A DNA stretch of 64,000 bases from Thermoanaerobaculia bacterium. Its GTDB lineage: Bacteria; Acidobacteriota; Thermoanaerobaculia; UBA5066. Below, in pieces: positions 18,733 to 29,099 of this stretch. The position numbers were made by a program, and so were the translations under genes. The notes beneath the pieces are model-generated. The model saw only the letters and a list, made by a program, of their open reading frames with translations. It was not told the DNA's origin and did no database searches. Positions within the stretch are counted from its first letter, which is position 1. Every line of letters starts with the position of its first letter. The stretch lies in contig CAWFJJ010000007.1 in assembly GCA_963816185.1 (NCBI GenBank), positions 1 through 64,000 on the forward strand, in the 5' to 3' direction.

Positions 18733-20667
18733 ATGACGAACCGGGTTCGCGCCTTCGCGCTCCTCGCCCTCGCCGCTCTCCTCGCGGCCCCGCCGGCACG
18801 GCCGCAATCAGGCCGCGCCGGAGATGCCCAGAAGACCCGGCTCGAAGCGCCGGGGATCTCGATTCCGATCGACGTACGCGAGCAGTATCTCGGTCGGACC
18901 GGGGGGAAGACGGCCGTCAAATTCGTGCTCTCGGTCAGCAAGGGAGACCTCCGCGGCGCGGGGAACGCACAGCCCCGCGTGTACTCGTTCTTCCTCGCGG
19001 GCGACGTCACGGACGACCAGGGTCAGGCCGTCGAGAGCTTCCGGGTACCCGTCGACATCGACCTCTCGTCGACGGACGTCACGAACGCCTCGAAACCCGT
19101 GGCGATCTCGTTTCTTCGTGCGCTCAGCCCCGGAGCTCTCAACATCCAGTTCCGACTGGAAGGCGTCGCGGGCAGGCTCCTCGGCACGCGGGCGATTTCG
19201 CTCACGGTCCCCGCGATGTCTGCCGAGTTCCGCGCCGAAGATGCCGGGGTCGAGGGCGCCGGGCTTCCGAGCGCCGCGGCCGTAATCCTCGAAAGCGAGA
19301 ACCGGCCCGTCGTCCCGCAGGGCACATCGGGGTTCGTGAAGATCCTGGCGCCCGAGCAGGAGGTCCCGGTCGGCCTGCTCAGGATCGCGTGCGATGTGAA
19401 GGAGCCCGTGAAGCGCGTCGAGTTCTATCTCGACGACAAGAAGATCCTCATCCGGAACCGCGCGCCGTACACCGTCGAGGTGGACCTCGGTAAGATTCCG
19501 AAGAAGCAGACGCTCAAGGTCCTCGGCTACGACGTGCAGGGCAACTTCGTGGACGCGGACGCGTGGGCGATCAACGAGAAGGACGCGCGTCTCGCGGTAC
19601 GCATCCTCGAGCTGCCGAAGCAGAAATCCGCGGACGACACCGTGGAGCTGAAAGTCGCCCTGCAATCCATCGCGGGCGGCGCCGCGAAGAAGCTCCAGCT
19701 CTGGCTCGACGACACGATGTTGAAGGAGTGGACCGAGCCGCCGTTCACGGTCTACGTGCCGGTGGCGAAGATCCAGAAGGCCACGCTCATGCGGGCGACT
19801 GCGACGGACGCGGACGGAAAGGAATTCACCGATCTCAAGCTCCTGAAGGGCGAGTCGCGCTTCATGACGAAGGTCGAGGTAAATCTCGTCGAGCTTCCGG
19901 TTTCGGTCCTCGATTCCAGCGGCCATCTCGTGAAGGGCCTGCCGCGCGAGGAGTTCACGGTGTTCGAGGACGGCGTGAAGCAGGACCTCACGAGCTTCGA
20001 GTTCGCCGAGTCGCTCCCGCTGTCGCTCGGGATCGTCATCGACGGGTCGGGGTCGATGACAGAGGCGATGCCGCTCGTTCACCAGGCGGCCACCGAGTTC
20101 GCTCAGAAGCTCGTCTCGAAGGAGAAGGACCAGGGTTTCGTCATCGAGTTCCGCGAACGGCCGACGCTGCTTGCGTCCCTCACGCACAAATCCACGGACC
20201 TCGAGCGCGCCATCGCCGAGACGCGCGCCTCCGGAGGCACCGCGCTCTACGACGCCGTCGTCATGGCGCTCTACCAGTTCCGCGCGCTGCCCGGGCGGAA
20301 GGCGATCGTCGTCCTCACGGACGGCGACGACAATCACTCGTGGACCGACTACGGAACGCTGCGCCGCTACGCGCGCGCCGCGGGCGTCCCGGTCTACTTC
20401 ATCGGCCTCGGCCTCTCCATGCTCGACTTCGGCATCAAGTCGAAGATGACCGAGCTCGCGGTCGACACGGGAGCCGAGGCGTACTTCATCGGCAAGGCGG
20501 CGGCGCTCGCAGAGGTCTACGGGAAGATCGAGATGGAGCTGCGCTCGCAGTACTTTCTGCGGTACTTGACGAATTCCTCGAAGGGCGAGAACCAGTTTCG
20601 AGCGATCGAGGTGAAGCTCGCCAACCCGAAGCTGCGCGCCAAGACGATCCGCGGCTATTTTCCGTAG
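18733..20667 (+). CDS. VWA domain protein (acidobacterial VWFA-related) with Ig-like domains
   Basis: VNLVELPVSV.D..G..V.GL...F.VFEDG, IDGSGSM MIDAS motif, GGTALYDAV, RKAIVVLTDGDD, LRSQY. Confidence 0.9.
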   Translation: MTNRVRAFALLALAALLAAPPARPQSGRAGDAQKTRLEAPGISIPIDVREQYLGRTGGKTAVKFVLSVSKGDLRGAGNAQPRVYSFFLAGDVTDDQGQAVESFRVPVDIDLSSTDVTNASKPVAISFLRALSPGALNIQFRLEGVAGRLLGTRAISLTVPAMSAEFRAEDAGVEGAGLPSAAAVILESENRPVVPQGTSGFVKILAPEQEVPVGLLRIACDVKEPVKRVEFYLDDKKILIRNRAPYTVEVDLGKIPKKQTLKVLGYDVQGNFVDADAWAINEKDARLAVRILELPKQKSADDTVELKVALQSIAGGAAKKLQLWLDDTMLKEWTEPPFTVYVPVAKIQKATLMRATATDADGKEFTDLKLLKGESRFMTKVEVNLVELPVSVLDSSGHLVKGLPREEFTVFEDGVKQDLTSFEFAESLPLSLGIVIDGSGSMTEAMPLVHQAATEFAQKLVSKEKDQGFVIEFRERPTLLASLTHKSTDLERAIAETRASGGTALYDAVVMALYQFRALPGRKAIVVLTDGDDNHSWTDYGTLRRYARAAGVPVYFIGLGLSMLDFGIKSKMTELAVDTGAEAYFIGKAAALAEVYGKIEMELRSQYFLRYLTNSSKGENQFRAIEVKLANPKLRAKTIRGYFP

Positions 20668-20688
20668 CGACGCGTCTCGTCGGCGTGA

Positions 20689-21699
20689 TCATCGCTCCGG
20701 CCGGGACTCCGCGCCCGCCAACTCGTCGAGAAGAGATCGCACCGCGCGAAGGTGCGCGGCGTTCGTGCCGCAGCAGCCGCCGACGATCCGGGCCCCCGCC
20801 GCGATCCAGGTTCGCGCGAGCGAGGAGTACTCGTACGGGTCGATCGGCTCGGTGAAGAGCCCGCACGGCTCGTCGAGGGCTCGCCCGGTGTTTCCGTATG
20901 CGACGAGGGGGACTCCGCGCGAGGCCGCGCCGAGGCGCGCGAGGTCCGCCCCCAGCTTTCGAGCGGGCACGCAGTTGATGCCGAGGGCGTCGGGGGACGG
21001 GGAAACAGAGAGAAGCGCGTTCGCGGCGTCCTCGATCGGTTCACCCGACAGAAGCCGCCCCCGGCCATCGGTGACCATGGACGCGAAGACCGGAAGGCCG
21101 GTCGAGACCGCCGCGGCCGTTGCCGCCGCGAGCTCGCGAACCGTGTTCATCGTCTCGATGAGGATGAGGTCGACGCCCGCGGCGGCGAGAGCCGCCGCCA
21201 TCTCGGAATGTTCGGAAGAGAGAATGCTTTCTTGCTTCGGAACCCGATCAGGCCGATAGCAATCCTCTAATGGGGCTAGCGAACCGGCTATCCAAACGCT
21301 GCCGAAGATCTTCTTAGAAGGGTGTGTGGGGCCGTCGCTCGGGGGGGCCGCCCGACTCTCTTGCTGCGCCTCGCCATTCACCTTCGAAGAAATACCGGAC
21401 GCGGCCCGGCGAGCAACGTCCACGGCTTTTGCAATCAGCTCCCGCTGCGAGAGGGAGCAGGAACTCTCTCTTATGTTCCTCGCGTGGAGCCGGAAGCTCG
21501 CGATCGTGAGTATCTCCGCGCCCGCAGCGACGTGCTCCCCGTGGATCGCCTCGGCGAGCTCCGGTGCCTCGATGAGCGCCCGGGCGCTCCAGAGCGGCGG
21601 CGCCGTGTCGGCTCCGCGGCGGGAGAGCTCCGTTCCCATCGCCGCGTCGAGAAGCATCGGCGCGCCGCGATCGAGGCGGTCACGAAATGCATTCGCCAT
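20689..21699 (-). CDS. Homocysteine S-methyltransferase family protein
   Basis: LLDAAMGTEL, GVDLILIETM, GINC, IVGGCCG. Confidence 0.92.
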   Translation of the reverse strand: MANAFRDRLDRGAPMLLDAAMGTELSRRGADTAPPLWSARALIEAPELAEAIHGEHVAAGAEILTIASFRLHARNIRESSCSLSQRELIAKAVDVARRAASGISSKVNGEAQQESRAAPPSDGPTHPSKKIFGSVWIAGSLAPLEDCYRPDRVPKQESILSSEHSEMAAALAAAGVDLILIETMNTVRELAAATAAAVSTGLPVFASMVTDGRGRLLSGEPIEDAANALLSVSPSPDALGINCVPARKLGADLARLGAASRGVPLVAYGNTGRALDEPCGLFTEPIDPYEYSSLARTWIAAGARIVGGCCGTNAAHLRAVRSLLDELAGAESRPER

Positions 21700-21740
21700 G
21701 GCCAGCCAGATTAACCTGCGCTCGATGCTAGGATTCCGCG

Positions 21741-22541
21741 ATGGCTGGCAACCGCAACTGGGCGCTCGTCCTCGGCGCCTCCTCCGGCTTCGGCGAAGCG
21801 GCCTCGCTCGCGCTCGCGCGAGGCGGGCGCAACGTCTTCGGAGTGCACCTCGACCGCCGGGCGACGCTCCCGAACGTGGAGCGCATCACCGGTGGAATCG
21901 AAGCCGCAGGCTCCCGGGCTGTATTCTTGAACATGAACGCCGCCGACGACGCGAAAAGGGCCGAGGCCCTCGCCGAAATGGCGAAGGTTCTGGACGCGGA
22001 GGGCCGGCGGGCCGGCATCGACGTGGTCATGCATTCCCTCGCGTTCGGCACCTTGAAGCCCTTTCTCGCCGCGGACGCCGCCGAGAGGATCTCGAAGCCC
22101 CAGATGGAGATGACGGTCGACGTCATGGCGCATTCGCTCGTCTATTGGATGCAGGATCTCGTCGCGGGCGGGTTCCTGCCCGAGGGCGCGCACGCTTTCG
22201 CGATGACGTCGGCGGGCGGCCACCGCATCTGGAAGTCGTACGGCGCCGTCTCGGCGGCGAAGGCGGCGCTCGAGAGTCACTGCCGGCAGCTCGCCGTCGA
22301 GCTCGCCCCGAGGAAGATCGCCGTGAACGCGATTCGAGCCGGCGTGACGGACACGCCCGCTCTCCGGAAGATTCCGGGAAACGAGCAGATGATCGAGCGC
22401 TGTCTCGCGATTCACCCGGCGGGCCGCCTGACGACCCCGGAAGACGTCGCGAGCGTTCTCGTGGCCCTGTCGTACCCCCAGACGGTGTGGCTCTCCGGGA
22501 ACGTCCTTGGGGTCGACGGAGCGGAAGACGTCGTCGGCTGA
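21741..22541 (+). CDS. SDR oxidoreductase (enoyl-ACP reductase FabL/FabI-like)
   Basis: LGASSGFG, Y..VSAAKAALES, NAIRAGVTDTPAL. Confidence 0.85.
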   Translation: MAGNRNWALVLGASSGFGEAASLALARGGRNVFGVHLDRRATLPNVERITGGIEAAGSRAVFLNMNAADDAKRAEALAEMAKVLDAEGRRAGIDVVMHSLAFGTLKPFLAADAAERISKPQMEMTVDVMAHSLVYWMQDLVAGGFLPEGAHAFAMTSAGGHRIWKSYGAVSAAKAALESHCRQLAVELAPRKIAVNAIRAGVTDTPALRKIPGNEQMIERCLAIHPAGRLTTPEDVASVLVALSYPQTVWLSGNVLGVDGAEDVVG

Positions 22542-22548
22542 GCGTGTC

Positions 22549-23385
22549 ATGAGGTCGAATGCCGTTTTCGCGCGCCTTCGCGCGACCCTCTTCCTCGCCG
22601 TATTCGGGGTCGTTCTGGCGGGGGCGTCGTGCGAGGTCGTGAAGCCCTCGGTGAAGGCCGTCTCGGACGTTCCATCGGCCGGGAAATTCCCGCATGCCCT
22701 TCTGGGCCGCCTTCTCGAAAAGGTGGTGACGGCGGACGGCCTCGTCGACTACGCGGCCGTCTCGGTGGACGAGCCGATGCTCGAGGAGTACCTCGCCGAG
22801 GTCGCGCGCGTGTCGCCCGAGTCGCACCCGCACCTGTTCCCGACCGAGCCCGACCGCCTCGCGTACTGGATCAACGCGCACAATGCCTGCGCCCTGCGCG
22901 GGGTCCTGCGCTTCAACCGGCCGGGCAACCTGAAGGACATCGCGCACCGGTTCGACTCGGAGACCACCTACGTCGTCGGCGGGAGGAACCTCTCGCTCAA
23001 CGCGATGACGGCGCTCGCGTACAAGCGCTTCGCGGACGCCCGGATCCACTTCGCCCTCGTGAAGGCGCGCCGGGGCGGCCCCCCGCTCGCGAAGGAGCCC
23101 TGGGAAGCGGCCGACCTCGATGCGCGCCTCGACGCGGCGGGACGCGCCTTTCTCGCGGATCCGCGCAACGTGGACTGGAAGCCGCCGGCGCTCAAGGCAG
23201 GTCTGTCGCGGGTCCTCCTCGACTTCCGCGCGGAATTCGAGCGCGAGGTCCCGTCGACGGTGTCGGGCGACGCGCGGCTCGTCGAGTCCCTGAACCGCTT
23301 CCGCGCGCCAAGGGAGAAGATCAACGCGATCGAGGTCTATCCGATTCCCCTGGACGAACGGCTCAACGACGTGGCCAACCGGTAG
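22549..23385 (+). CDS. DUF547 domain protein, probable lipoprotein
   Basis: GLVDY, LAYWINAHNA, DARIHFAL. Confidence 0.85.
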   Translation: MRSNAVFARLRATLFLAVFGVVLAGASCEVVKPSVKAVSDVPSAGKFPHALLGRLLEKVVTADGLVDYAAVSVDEPMLEEYLAEVARVSPESHPHLFPTEPDRLAYWINAHNACALRGVLRFNRPGNLKDIAHRFDSETTYVVGGRNLSLNAMTALAYKRFADARIHFALVKARRGGPPLAKEPWEAADLDARLDAAGRAFLADPRNVDWKPPALKAGLSRVLLDFRAEFEREVPSTVSGDARLVESLNRFRAPREKINAIEVYPIPLDERLNDVANR

Positions 23386-23388
23386 CCG

Positions 23389-24294
23389 ATGCCTGATTCG
23401 CGCCTCGCCGCACCGGCTCTTTTCGCGGCGCTCGCACTCTCCTGCGGCCGCGGGCCCCAGGAGCCGAAGCCCGCGCCCATGCCCCCGGTGGCGCAGCCTG
23501 CGAGCCTTCTGGCGCTGCCGCTTTCGCCCGGCCTCATCCTTTCGATCGACCCGAACCTGCCCGGCGTCGATGGGGAAGACCTTCCGGAGTCGACACGCCG
23601 AGAGGTGGAGGTTCTCGAGTTCGGAAAGGCGGGACTGAGGCTGCGCTGGTCCGGCCGCGTGCGCATCGAGAAGCCGGATTCGTCCCGGCGCCGCGAGGAG
23701 TGGGTCCGGGCACGCGCGAACGCTGCCCAAGGCTCGACGCCCCTCCCGGCACCGTCCCCTGCGTACGAGTCGCGGGAGGTGGGCGGGACTCTCTTTTTTC
23801 CGGACTTCGCGACCGCCACGGAGTTCCTCCTGCCGGGTCTCTGGCCCGAGGGCGTCGCGACGATCGCGGGCTCGTCGGCGCTCTGGATCTCGTCGAACGC
23901 ATTCGCGGAGCTCAAGGCCGCAGGTCGGGCGACGGTTCCGTTCTCGCTCTCGTCGAGCCTCCTGAGAGACCCCGCCGCGTCCCTCTTGAAGCGCGCCTTT
24001 CAGCTCTCGAGCGAGGGGTCGTCCGGCCCGCCTTATCTCTGGACGCGCGACAGAGAGACGGACTTTTCGCTGCGGGTGGACGGAGTGGATGCCCGCGTCA
24101 AGGCGCTCGGCGCACGCAACTGGTTCGGCGCCTACACCGTTCTCGCGGGGGGCGGGCCTCCGCTCGTCCTGTCCGTCCTGCCGGGCCCCGCCCGATCGCC
24201 CGGTCTCGACCTCTTCGCCCCCGCGAGCGTCCTCCGAACGCTGCTCGGCTATCGCGTGTCGGAAGTGACCCGCGTGCCGCGACGGGATTCGTGA
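23389..24294 (+). CDS. Hypothetical lipoprotein
   Basis: LALSC lipobox; sits in the operon. Confidence 0.65.
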   Translation: MPDSRLAAPALFAALALSCGRGPQEPKPAPMPPVAQPASLLALPLSPGLILSIDPNLPGVDGEDLPESTRREVEVLEFGKAGLRLRWSGRVRIEKPDSSRRREEWVRARANAAQGSTPLPAPSPAYESREVGGTLFFPDFATATEFLLPGLWPEGVATIAGSSALWISSNAFAELKAAGRATVPFSLSSSLLRDPAASLLKRAFQLSSEGSSGPPYLWTRDRETDFSLRVDGVDARVKALGARNWFGAYTVLAGGGPPLVLSVLPGPARSPGLDLFAPASVLRTLLGYRVSEVTRVPRRDS

Positions 24295-25091
24295 CGGGGC
24301 AGGAGCTGGCCGTCGTCAGCGGAGCCTCTTCGGGAATCGGTGAGGCTTTGGCCCGCCGGCTGGCGGAAGAGGGCCGCGACCTCCTTCTCGTCGCGCGCTC
24401 GGGGGACCGTCTCCGACACCTTGCGGAAGAGCTCTCGAGGACGAACGGAATCGAGGCGGGGTTTTGTGCCGCCGATCTCGGGAAGCCGGAAGGGCGCGAC
24501 GCCGTGTTCGCGGCGACGGAGGGCGCCGGCCGGATCGTCTCGATTCTCGTGAACGGCGCCGGCTTCGGCATGAACGGCCCCGAGGCCGAGCTGCCGCTTC
24601 CGCGCGTCCTCGAAATGCTCCAGCTCAACGTCGTCGCGACGGCCGAGCTCACGCACCGTTTCCTCGTCGCCATGCGCGCGCGGCGCGAGGGCGGGATCCT
24701 CAACGTCGCATCCACGGCCGCGTTCCTGCCCATGCCTTACTTCGCCGCGTATGCGGCGAGCAAGGCCTTCGTCCTCTCTTTCACGCACGCCCTGCACGAG
24801 GAGGCGAGAAAGGACGGCGTCACCGTCACGTGCCTCTGCCCGGGCTACACGAAGACGAATTTCCACGCCGTTGCGGGTATGCGCGGCGCCGAAGCGACGC
24901 CGTTCCCCGAGATGACGCCGGACGCCGTCGCGAAGATCGGCCTCGAGGCTCTGCGGAAGAAGAAGGCCTATGTCGTGACGCACCCTCTCGATCGGGCCTG
25001 GATCGCGTCGGGTCGACTCGTACCGCGGTCGGTGCCGGTGAAGCTGGCGTCCGCGGTGTTCTCGCGGACGCGGCTGCCCGAAAAGTCCTAG
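24291..25091 (+). CDS. SDR oxidoreductase
   Basis: SGASSGIG, NGAG, YAASK, LCPG.T.T. Confidence 0.92.
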   Translation: MTGQELAVVSGASSGIGEALARRLAEEGRDLLLVARSGDRLRHLAEELSRTNGIEAGFCAADLGKPEGRDAVFAATEGAGRIVSILVNGAGFGMNGPEAELPLPRVLEMLQLNVVATAELTHRFLVAMRARREGGILNVASTAAFLPMPYFAAYAASKAFVLSFTHALHEEARKDGVTVTCLCPGYTKTNFHAVAGMRGAEATPFPEMTPDAVAKIGLEALRKKKAYVVTHPLDRAWIASGRLVPRSVPVKLASAVFSRTRLPEKS

Positions 25092-25107
25092 AGAGAAGGG
25101 TGATGTC

Positions 25108-25632
25108 ATGGCCGAAGCGCCGAACAGCGACATCCCGGGCAAGAAGCTCGGGACGGTCCGCGAGCACATCCGGTTCGAGAATGCTCACGATCTCCCCGCC
25201 GTGCTCGCGACGTTCGGGTCGTCTGCACGATACGACGACGAGCCGTGGGACGAGCACCACATGGGGCGGGATGCGGTTCGGTCGTTCTACGAAGACCTGC
25301 TCCGGGCTCTTCCCGATCTTCAGATCGAGGTCAGGAGGGAGCACGTCACGAGCGAAGCGGTCATCGTCGAGTGCGTGATCCGCGGGACGCACGATGGGAC
25401 CTGGCGTGATCTCCCGGCCACCGGCCGGCGCCTCGAGTTCCCGCTGTGCGGCGTGTATACGTTCGACGAGGACGGGAAGCTCGCCGGAGAGAAGATCTAC
25501 TACGACCGGGCGACCGTCCTCCGGCAATGCGGCGTCTTCCGGGAGCCGACGAGCCCGAGCGGCCGGCTCCTCTTGTTCCTGAACCACCCCCTGAACATCA
25601 TCTCGGCTTTCCTCCGCGGGTCCAGGCGTTAG
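25108..25632 (+). CDS. SnoaL-like ester cyclase (NTF2 fold)
   Basis: ENAHD, GRDAVR.FY, GTH.G.W..LPATGR, EKIYYD. Confidence 0.85.
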   Translation: MAEAPNSDIPGKKLGTVREHIRFENAHDLPAVLATFGSSARYDDEPWDEHHMGRDAVRSFYEDLLRALPDLQIEVRREHVTSEAVIVECVIRGTHDGTWRDLPATGRRLEFPLCGVYTFDEDGKLAGEKIYYDRATVLRQCGVFREPTSPSGRLLLFLNHPLNIISAFLRGSRR

Positions 25633-25658
25633 CGCCGCGCGTCTATCGAGCTCGGAGC

Positions 25659-26300
25659 TCAGTGCTTCGGCGCGGCGTCGCCCCAGAGCTCCTTCAGGCG
25701 CGCGTCCCGCCCGCAGCCCGAGCGGTAAAACGAATAGCGGATCGGATTCTTCTTGTAGTAGCTCTGGTGGTAACCCTCGGCCTTCCAGAACGTCCCGGCC
25801 TTCAGGATCTCGGTGACGATCGGGCGCTTCAGAACGCCGGAGGCCTCGAGAGCTCTCTTGCTGGCCTCGGCCGCGTTCCGCTGCGCGTCGTCGGCGACGA
25901 AGATCGCCGTCGTGTACTGGACGCCGTTGTCGCAGAACTGGCCGTACGCGTTCGTGGGGTCGACGTTGTGCCAGAAGACGTCGAGGAGCTTCTCGTACGT
26001 GACCTTCTTCGGATCGTAAACGACCTCGATCGACTCGCGGTGTCCCGTCCCGCCCGCAGAGACTTCGTGGTACGTGGGATTCGCCTTCTCGCCGCCCGTG
26101 TACCCCACGGTCGTCGAGACGACCCCCGGGAGGTTGTCATACGGCTTCTGCATGCACCAGAAGCAGCCGCCCGCGAAGGCGGCCTTCGCGAGCCCCGCCG
26201 GCGCTGGCGCCGTCGCGACGATCGGCTCGTCCGCCCGCCCGAAGAAGGCGAAGAGGACGAGCGTGAGGAGCGGCACGAGGAATCGAATGCTGCGGCGCAT
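25659..26300 (-). CDS. msrA: Peptide methionine sulfoxide reductase A (signal peptide)
   Basis: FAGGCFWC, GYTGG, GHRE, GQFCD.G.QY, AEGYHQ.YY. Confidence 0.96.
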   Translation of the reverse strand: MRRSIRFLVPLLTLVLFAFFGRADEPIVATAPAPAGLAKAAFAGGCFWCMQKPYDNLPGVVSTTVGYTGGEKANPTYHEVSAGGTGHRESIEVVYDPKKVTYEKLLDVFWHNVDPTNAYGQFCDNGVQYTTAIFVADDAQRNAAEASKRALEASGVLKRPIVTEILKAGTFWKAEGYHQSYYKKNPIRYSFYRSGCGRDARLKELWGDAAPKH

Positions 26301-26388
26301 TTGAAGCTTCTCCGGCGATTGTCCTACGGGACGACCGCCCCTCGTGGATGACCTGTGGCGTCCCGTTTGTTCCCCGAAGTGAGGGCGC

Positions 26389-26904
26389 TCACACCGCATA
26401 CGTCCGCCCGAAGAGCCGTGAGAGCGAGTCGGCCACCGATCGAAAGGCGAGCGGAAGGCCGGCGGCCTCCTCCGCGGTGAACCAGCCCACCTCCAGCGTC
26501 TCGTCGCCGGCATGCGGCTCGCGGCTGCCGACGGCGAGGGTGCCCCGGTAAACGACGATGACGACGGGCCTCCCAGCGTACGAGAACGCGCCCAGGAGAT
26601 CCCCGAGATCGGCCGTCGCGCCGCACTCCTCGAGCGTCTCGCGCAGCGCGGCTTCCTCGAGAGTCTCGCCGCGGTCTACGTGTCCCCCGGGGAACGTCCA
26701 GCGGCCGAGGCCGGGCTCGATCGCGCGCCTGACGAGGAGGACCCGGTCTTCGCGCACGATGAGGATGCCAGCCGCGACCTTCGGGTCGATCCAGTGTACG
26801 GCGCCGCAGTTGACGCAGACCGGAACCTTCTTCCCGGAAGGGCCCACGGCCTGCTGCTCGAGCCGTGAGGCGCATTGCGTGCAGAAGATCGGAGCTTCGT
26901 ACAC
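26389..26904 (-). CDS. NUDIX hydrolase with N-terminal Zn ribbon
   Basis: CxxC...CxxC and Nudix box [24 protein letters not shown]. Confidence 0.93.
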   Translation of the reverse strand: MYEAPIFCTQCASRLEQQAVGPSGKKVPVCVNCGAVHWIDPKVAAGILIVREDRVLLVRRAIEPGLGRWTFPGGHVDRGETLEEAALRETLEECGATADLGDLLGAFSYAGRPVVIVVYRGTLAVGSREPHAGDETLEVGWFTAEEAAGLPLAFRSVADSLSRLFGRTYAV

Positions 26905-27020
26905 GGCCTCAGGCTACCGCGTTTTGTGGCCCCTTTTGACAGCGCCTTGACGTGGGGGGGAGACGTGATGAGAATTCGCCGTTTGCTCCGAATCCCCTCG
27001 GGCCCGGGAGGTCCCTCCAA

Positions 27021-27701
27021 ATGATCCTCAGGAAGTGGACCGACGACGACGCCCGCTGGCTGAAAGCGAACTTCGGCCGGATGGATCTCCAGACTCTATC
27101 CAAGGAGCTCGGGCTCCCCCTCGAAGACCTGGAAAAGAAGATCCGGCAGATGAAACTGACCGGACCCGAGCCCGAGCGGCCGAAAAAAACTCCGGCTTCG
27201 CTCAAGGACGCCGTAAAGGAGTCTTCGGCGGCGCGTAAGGAGTACGAGAAGGCCATCGAGCTCTTCCACAAGCGGCACTTCGACGAGGCCGCCCGACGCT
27301 TCGAGGACCTCATCGAAAAGCACCCCGACGAAAAGGAATTCCTCGACCGGGCGCGGATGTATCTCGGCGCATGCCGCAGCGGAAAGAGAGCGAAGGGCCC
27401 CACGGCGGCCGATCCGGAGGAGCTGTATCACGCGGCCGTGTTCGAAAAGAATCGCGGCAACATCGAGAAGGCGCTCGATCTGCTCCGCCGCAACCCGACC
27501 CGCCGCGACGGCGATGGCCGCGTGCACTACCTGCTCGCCTGCTGCCTGGCGCTCCAGGGTGACGTGGAGCAGGCGCTCCAGAGCCTGAGGAAGGCCATCG
27601 CGGCGGACGATCAGAACCGCATTCAGGCGCGACTCGAGGCCGACCTCGCCATCCTACGGGGGACGCAGGGCTTCACGGAGCTCCTCGCAGGAGGCGCATG
27701 A
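27021..27701 (+). CDS. HTH plus TPR protein
   Basis: SD GGAGG, N-terminal WT.DD...L HTH-like segment, TPR repeats; overlaps the glmU start. Confidence 0.75.
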   Translation: MILRKWTDDDARWLKANFGRMDLQTLSKELGLPLEDLEKKIRQMKLTGPEPERPKKTPASLKDAVKESSAARKEYEKAIELFHKRHFDEAARRFEDLIEKHPDEKEFLDRARMYLGACRSGKRAKGPTAADPEELYHAAVFEKNRGNIEKALDLLRRNPTRRDGDGRVHYLLACCLALQGDVEQALQSLRKAIAADDQNRIQARLEADLAILRGTQGFTELLAGGA

Positions 27702-29098
27702 CCGTCGTCCTCCTCCTTGCCGCGGGCCGCGGTGTGAGGATGAGATCCGAGCGTCCGAAAGTCCTGCACGAGGCTGGGGGCCGCCCGCTTCTCGACCGCA
27801 CCCTCGACACCGCGCTCGCGGTCGCAGGAAGCGCCGCTCAGGTCGTGGTCGTCGTCTCGAGAGACGGCGACGCGGTGGCCGCCCACGTGAAGGCCGGGTA
27901 CCCGCTCGTCCGCATCGCGCTGCAGGATCCGCCGCGCGGAACAGGTGACGCCGTACGCGCCGCCGCGCCAGAGTTCGGGAAGGCCAAGCGCGTCGTCGTC
28001 CTGTCGGGCGACGTTCCGCTCCTCTCCGCCGAGACGGTGAAGGGCCTTCTCGACGCGCTGAAGGCGCACAAGAAGAACGCGGTTGCAGTCCTGACCGCGA
28101 CGCTTTCGAACCCCACGGGCTACGGCCGCGTCGTGCGCGATCGCGCGAAGCGTTTCACAAGGATCGTCGAAGAAAAAGATTCTTCTGAGAAGGAGAAGAG
28201 GATCACGGAGGTCAATACCGGCACCTATGCGTTCGACCGTGTGTTTCTCGATCAGTCCCTTCCCCTCCTCACTTCTAAGAATTCCCAATCCGAGTTCTAC
28301 CTCCCCGACGTGCTCTCGCTCGCGCGGAAAGCCGGCCGCCGCGTCATCCTTGTCGAAGGCGATTCTTCCGTCGCCCTCGGTGTCAACTCTCGCGAGGACC
28401 TCGCGGACGTCGAGCGGATCCTCCGGGACCGCAAGGCGTCCGAGGCGATGCGGGACGGGACGACGATCCTGAGGCCCGAGACCGTCACGCTCGACGACAC
28501 CGTCGTCCTCGAGCCCGACACGGTCCTCGAGCCGTTCGTAACGCTTCTCGGGAGGACCCGAGTGGGCTCGGGGAGCTTGATCCGCCAGGGCGCCGTCGTG
28601 AAGGACTCGGTCTTCGGGAAGAACGTCACGGTGATGCCCTACTGCGTGATCGAGTCTGCGGTCGTCGGCGACGGCGCGACCGTGGGCCCGTTCGCGCGCC
28701 TGAGGGCGGGCACCGACCTCGCCGAGGGCGTTCACATCGGCAACTTCGTCGAGACGAAGAAGGCCGTGCTGAAGAAGGGCGTCAAGGCGAACCACCTGAC
28801 GTACCTCGGCGACACGGAGATCGGCGAGCGCACGAACGTGGGCGCGGGCGTCATCACGTGCAACTACGACGGCTTTCTGAAGCACAAGACGACGATCGGC
28901 AAGGGCGTCTTCGTCGGCTCGGACGTGCAGTTCATCGCCCCGGTCTCGATCGGCGACGGCGCGATCATCGCGGCGGGCACGACGGTGACCGAAGACGTCC
29001 CGAAAGACGCCCTCGCTCTCGCCCGCGAGCCGCAGAAGAACATCCCCGAGGGGGGCTCGAAATACCGCGAGAAGAAGAGCGGCGGGAAGAAGACCTGA
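27698..29098 (+). CDS. glmU: Bifunctional UDP-GlcNAc pyrophosphorylase / GlcN-1-P acetyltransferase
   Basis: LAAG.G.RM.S..PKVLH, GPFARLR, GNFVE, HLTYLGD, NYDG. Confidence 0.97.
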   Translation: MTVVLLLAAGRGVRMRSERPKVLHEAGGRPLLDRTLDTALAVAGSAAQVVVVVSRDGDAVAAHVKAGYPLVRIALQDPPRGTGDAVRAAAPEFGKAKRVVVLSGDVPLLSAETVKGLLDALKAHKKNAVAVLTATLSNPTGYGRVVRDRAKRFTRIVEEKDSSEKEKRITEVNTGTYAFDRVFLDQSLPLLTSKNSQSEFYLPDVLSLARKAGRRVILVEGDSSVALGVNSREDLADVERILRDRKASEAMRDGTTILRPETVTLDDTVVLEPDTVLEPFVTLLGRTRVGSGSLIRQGAVVKDSVFGKNVTVMPYCVIESAVVGDGATVGPFARLRAGTDLAEGVHIGNFVETKKAVLKKGVKANHLTYLGDTEIGERTNVGAGVITCNYDGFLKHKTTIGKGVFVGSDVQFIAPVSIGDGAIIAAGTTVTEDVPKDALALAREPQKNIPEGGSKYREKKSGGKKT

Positions 29099-29099
29099 G

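Noticed and set aside
25659-26300. Selenocysteine in MsrA or the thioredoxin-TPR protein
   Set aside because: Both have ordinary Cys codons (GCFWC, WCGPC).
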